Source: Lophium mytilinum
Taxonomy: Eukaryota
NCBI GenBank assembly: GCA_010093605.1
Contig: MU004182.1
Location: 2,031,195-2,095,194, forward strand
Direction of reading: 5' to 3'
Length of the DNA: 64,000 nt
The translations under genes and the position numbers were made by a program. The notes beneath the pieces were generated by a model that was given only the letters and a program-made list of their open reading frames with translations, was not told where the DNA came from and did no database searches. Of this stretch, positions 62,784-64,000 are shown piece by piece. Position 1 is the first letter of the stretch; every line of letters starts with the position of its first letter.

Positions 62784-63779
62784 ATGGCTACTCCCAAATC
62801 TGTTTTCCTCCTCGGTGCAGGGTACATTGGACAACATATTATCGACCTTCTCCTTGCTACCAATCACCCGGTAGCAGCGCTTGTTCGAAATGCAGAGCAG
62901 GCTGCCGCCTTCAAGAAAGCGGGCGTCAAGACCATCCTCGGCACTCTCGATGACAGCGAATTAATAACGGAGCACAGCGCACAGCATGAGGTGACCATCA
63001 ATACGGCCTCGTGCGATCACCTGCCCAGCGTGAAAGCCGTGCTAGCAGGCATAAGACAGCGCGTTCTCGCAGGCCAGCCGAGCATCTACATACACACCAG
63101 TGGCACGCTCCTACTAGCCGATGAAGCAAAAGGGGCGTACAAGAGCGACAAGATCTACCGGGACGACGTGCCAGCAGATATAGACGCCTTACCACCGACG
63201 GCACCGCATCGGCACGTTGACCTAGTCATTGTCCAGGCAGCACGCGAGTTCGGCGACAGAGCTCAACTTGCCATCTTGATACCGCCGATAGTCTACGGAT
63301 TCAACCCTGTCCACAAACGTCTGACGATTGCATTGCCGCAGCTGGTGCGTTTTGCGCTGAAGCATGGCTTTTCAGGCTATGTGGGTGAGGGCCGTAACGT
63401 GTGGAGCTCGACCCATGTCGCTGCTTTAGGTCGCGCATATACGACACTGTTGTCCTATATCGAGACTGCGGCCCCTTCGGCTCTGCTGGAGAATCCATAT
63501 TTCTTTACTGGCGGACAAGAGATCTCATTCCGCGAGGCAGCGGAGCACGTTGGCCGGATTCTGTATAAGTTGGGTAGGATTCCGAGCCCTGAGCCTAGAC
63601 CGTTCGTCGAGTCTGACTTCGGGGATGTGTTTGGTCCTGTCACGCCGTTCATTCTTGGGGCTAATGCAAGGAATCACGCGATTAGGCTGCCGAAACTTGG
63701 TTGGGAGTCTAAGGAGAAAGACATTTGGTCCAGCTTAGAGGAAGACGAGATTCCTTTTATCCTAGCGGTACATGTCTAG
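62784..63779 (+). CDS. NAD-dependent epimerase/dehydratase (extended/atypical SDR)
   Basis: VFLLGAGYIGQ, YIHTSGT, IPPIVYG, GEGRNVWSSTHV; intronless. Confidence 0.9.
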   Translation: MATPKSVFLLGAGYIGQHIIDLLLATNHPVAALVRNAEQAAAFKKAGVKTILGTLDDSELITEHSAQHEVTINTASCDHLPSVKAVLAGIRQRVLAGQPSIYIHTSGTLLLADEAKGAYKSDKIYRDDVPADIDALPPTAPHRHVDLVIVQAAREFGDRAQLAILIPPIVYGFNPVHKRLTIALPQLVRFALKHGFSGYVGEGRNVWSSTHVAALGRAYTTLLSYIETAAPSALLENPYFFTGGQEISFREAAEHVGRILYKLGRIPSPEPRPFVESDFGDVFGPVTPFILGANARNHAIRLPKLGWESKEKDIWSSLEEDEIPFILAVHV

Positions 63780-64000
63780 ACGAGATACAAGTACGAATTC
63801 CAGCTTTTAGTGGTTCTGACAAGCTTTTCGATGATCTGAAACGGGTCTTTCCTCGTTGAAAGATTTACAGCACGCGGTTCAGAGAGCCCAGCGACAGGGG
63901 AGGTGGTCGTGGCCCTCGTGTTTTCCAATGTAGCTCAGCCTTACTTCAAATACTGCGGAAACCTTGAGAACCTCAATGAACCGTTGCAATATGTGCCTTC

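Overview
Intron-containing eukaryotic DNA from a filamentous ascomycete (Pezizomycotina; GT..CTAAC..AG introns of ~45-60 nt). No prokaryotic features, CRISPR or rRNA were seen. About 25 genes or gene remnants, left to right: (1) a compact aromatic-catabolism cluster (Zn2Cys6 regulator, FAD phenol monooxygenase, VOC/extradiol dioxygenase, FAH-family hydrolase), with an SDR 9 kb away that shares promoter motifs; (2) a BTB protein, NDUFA13, TRM10 and OXR1; (3) two divergent, paralogous C2H2 zinc-finger genes and a small PPxY membrane protein; (4) a GMC oxidoreductase and a secreted uncharacterised protein with ADP-ribosyltransferase-like motifs; (5) PDAP1, an HNH protein, Argonaute, RNA14, GMH1 and mitochondrial IF2; (6) a more variable right end with an F-box-like protein, MAPEG, isochorismatase, a head-to-head pair of 5'-truncated genes (amyloid-like two-repeat protein plus WD40/NLR pseudogene), a hAT-type MITE and an epimerase. 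The most interesting candidates are an apparent second promoter and alternative N-terminus inside the first coding intron of Argonaute, the possible relic NLR/amyloid-effector pair, the ART-like secreted protein and the meta-cleavage cluster. Gene models were built by eye and product calls rest on motif recognition, without database searches.
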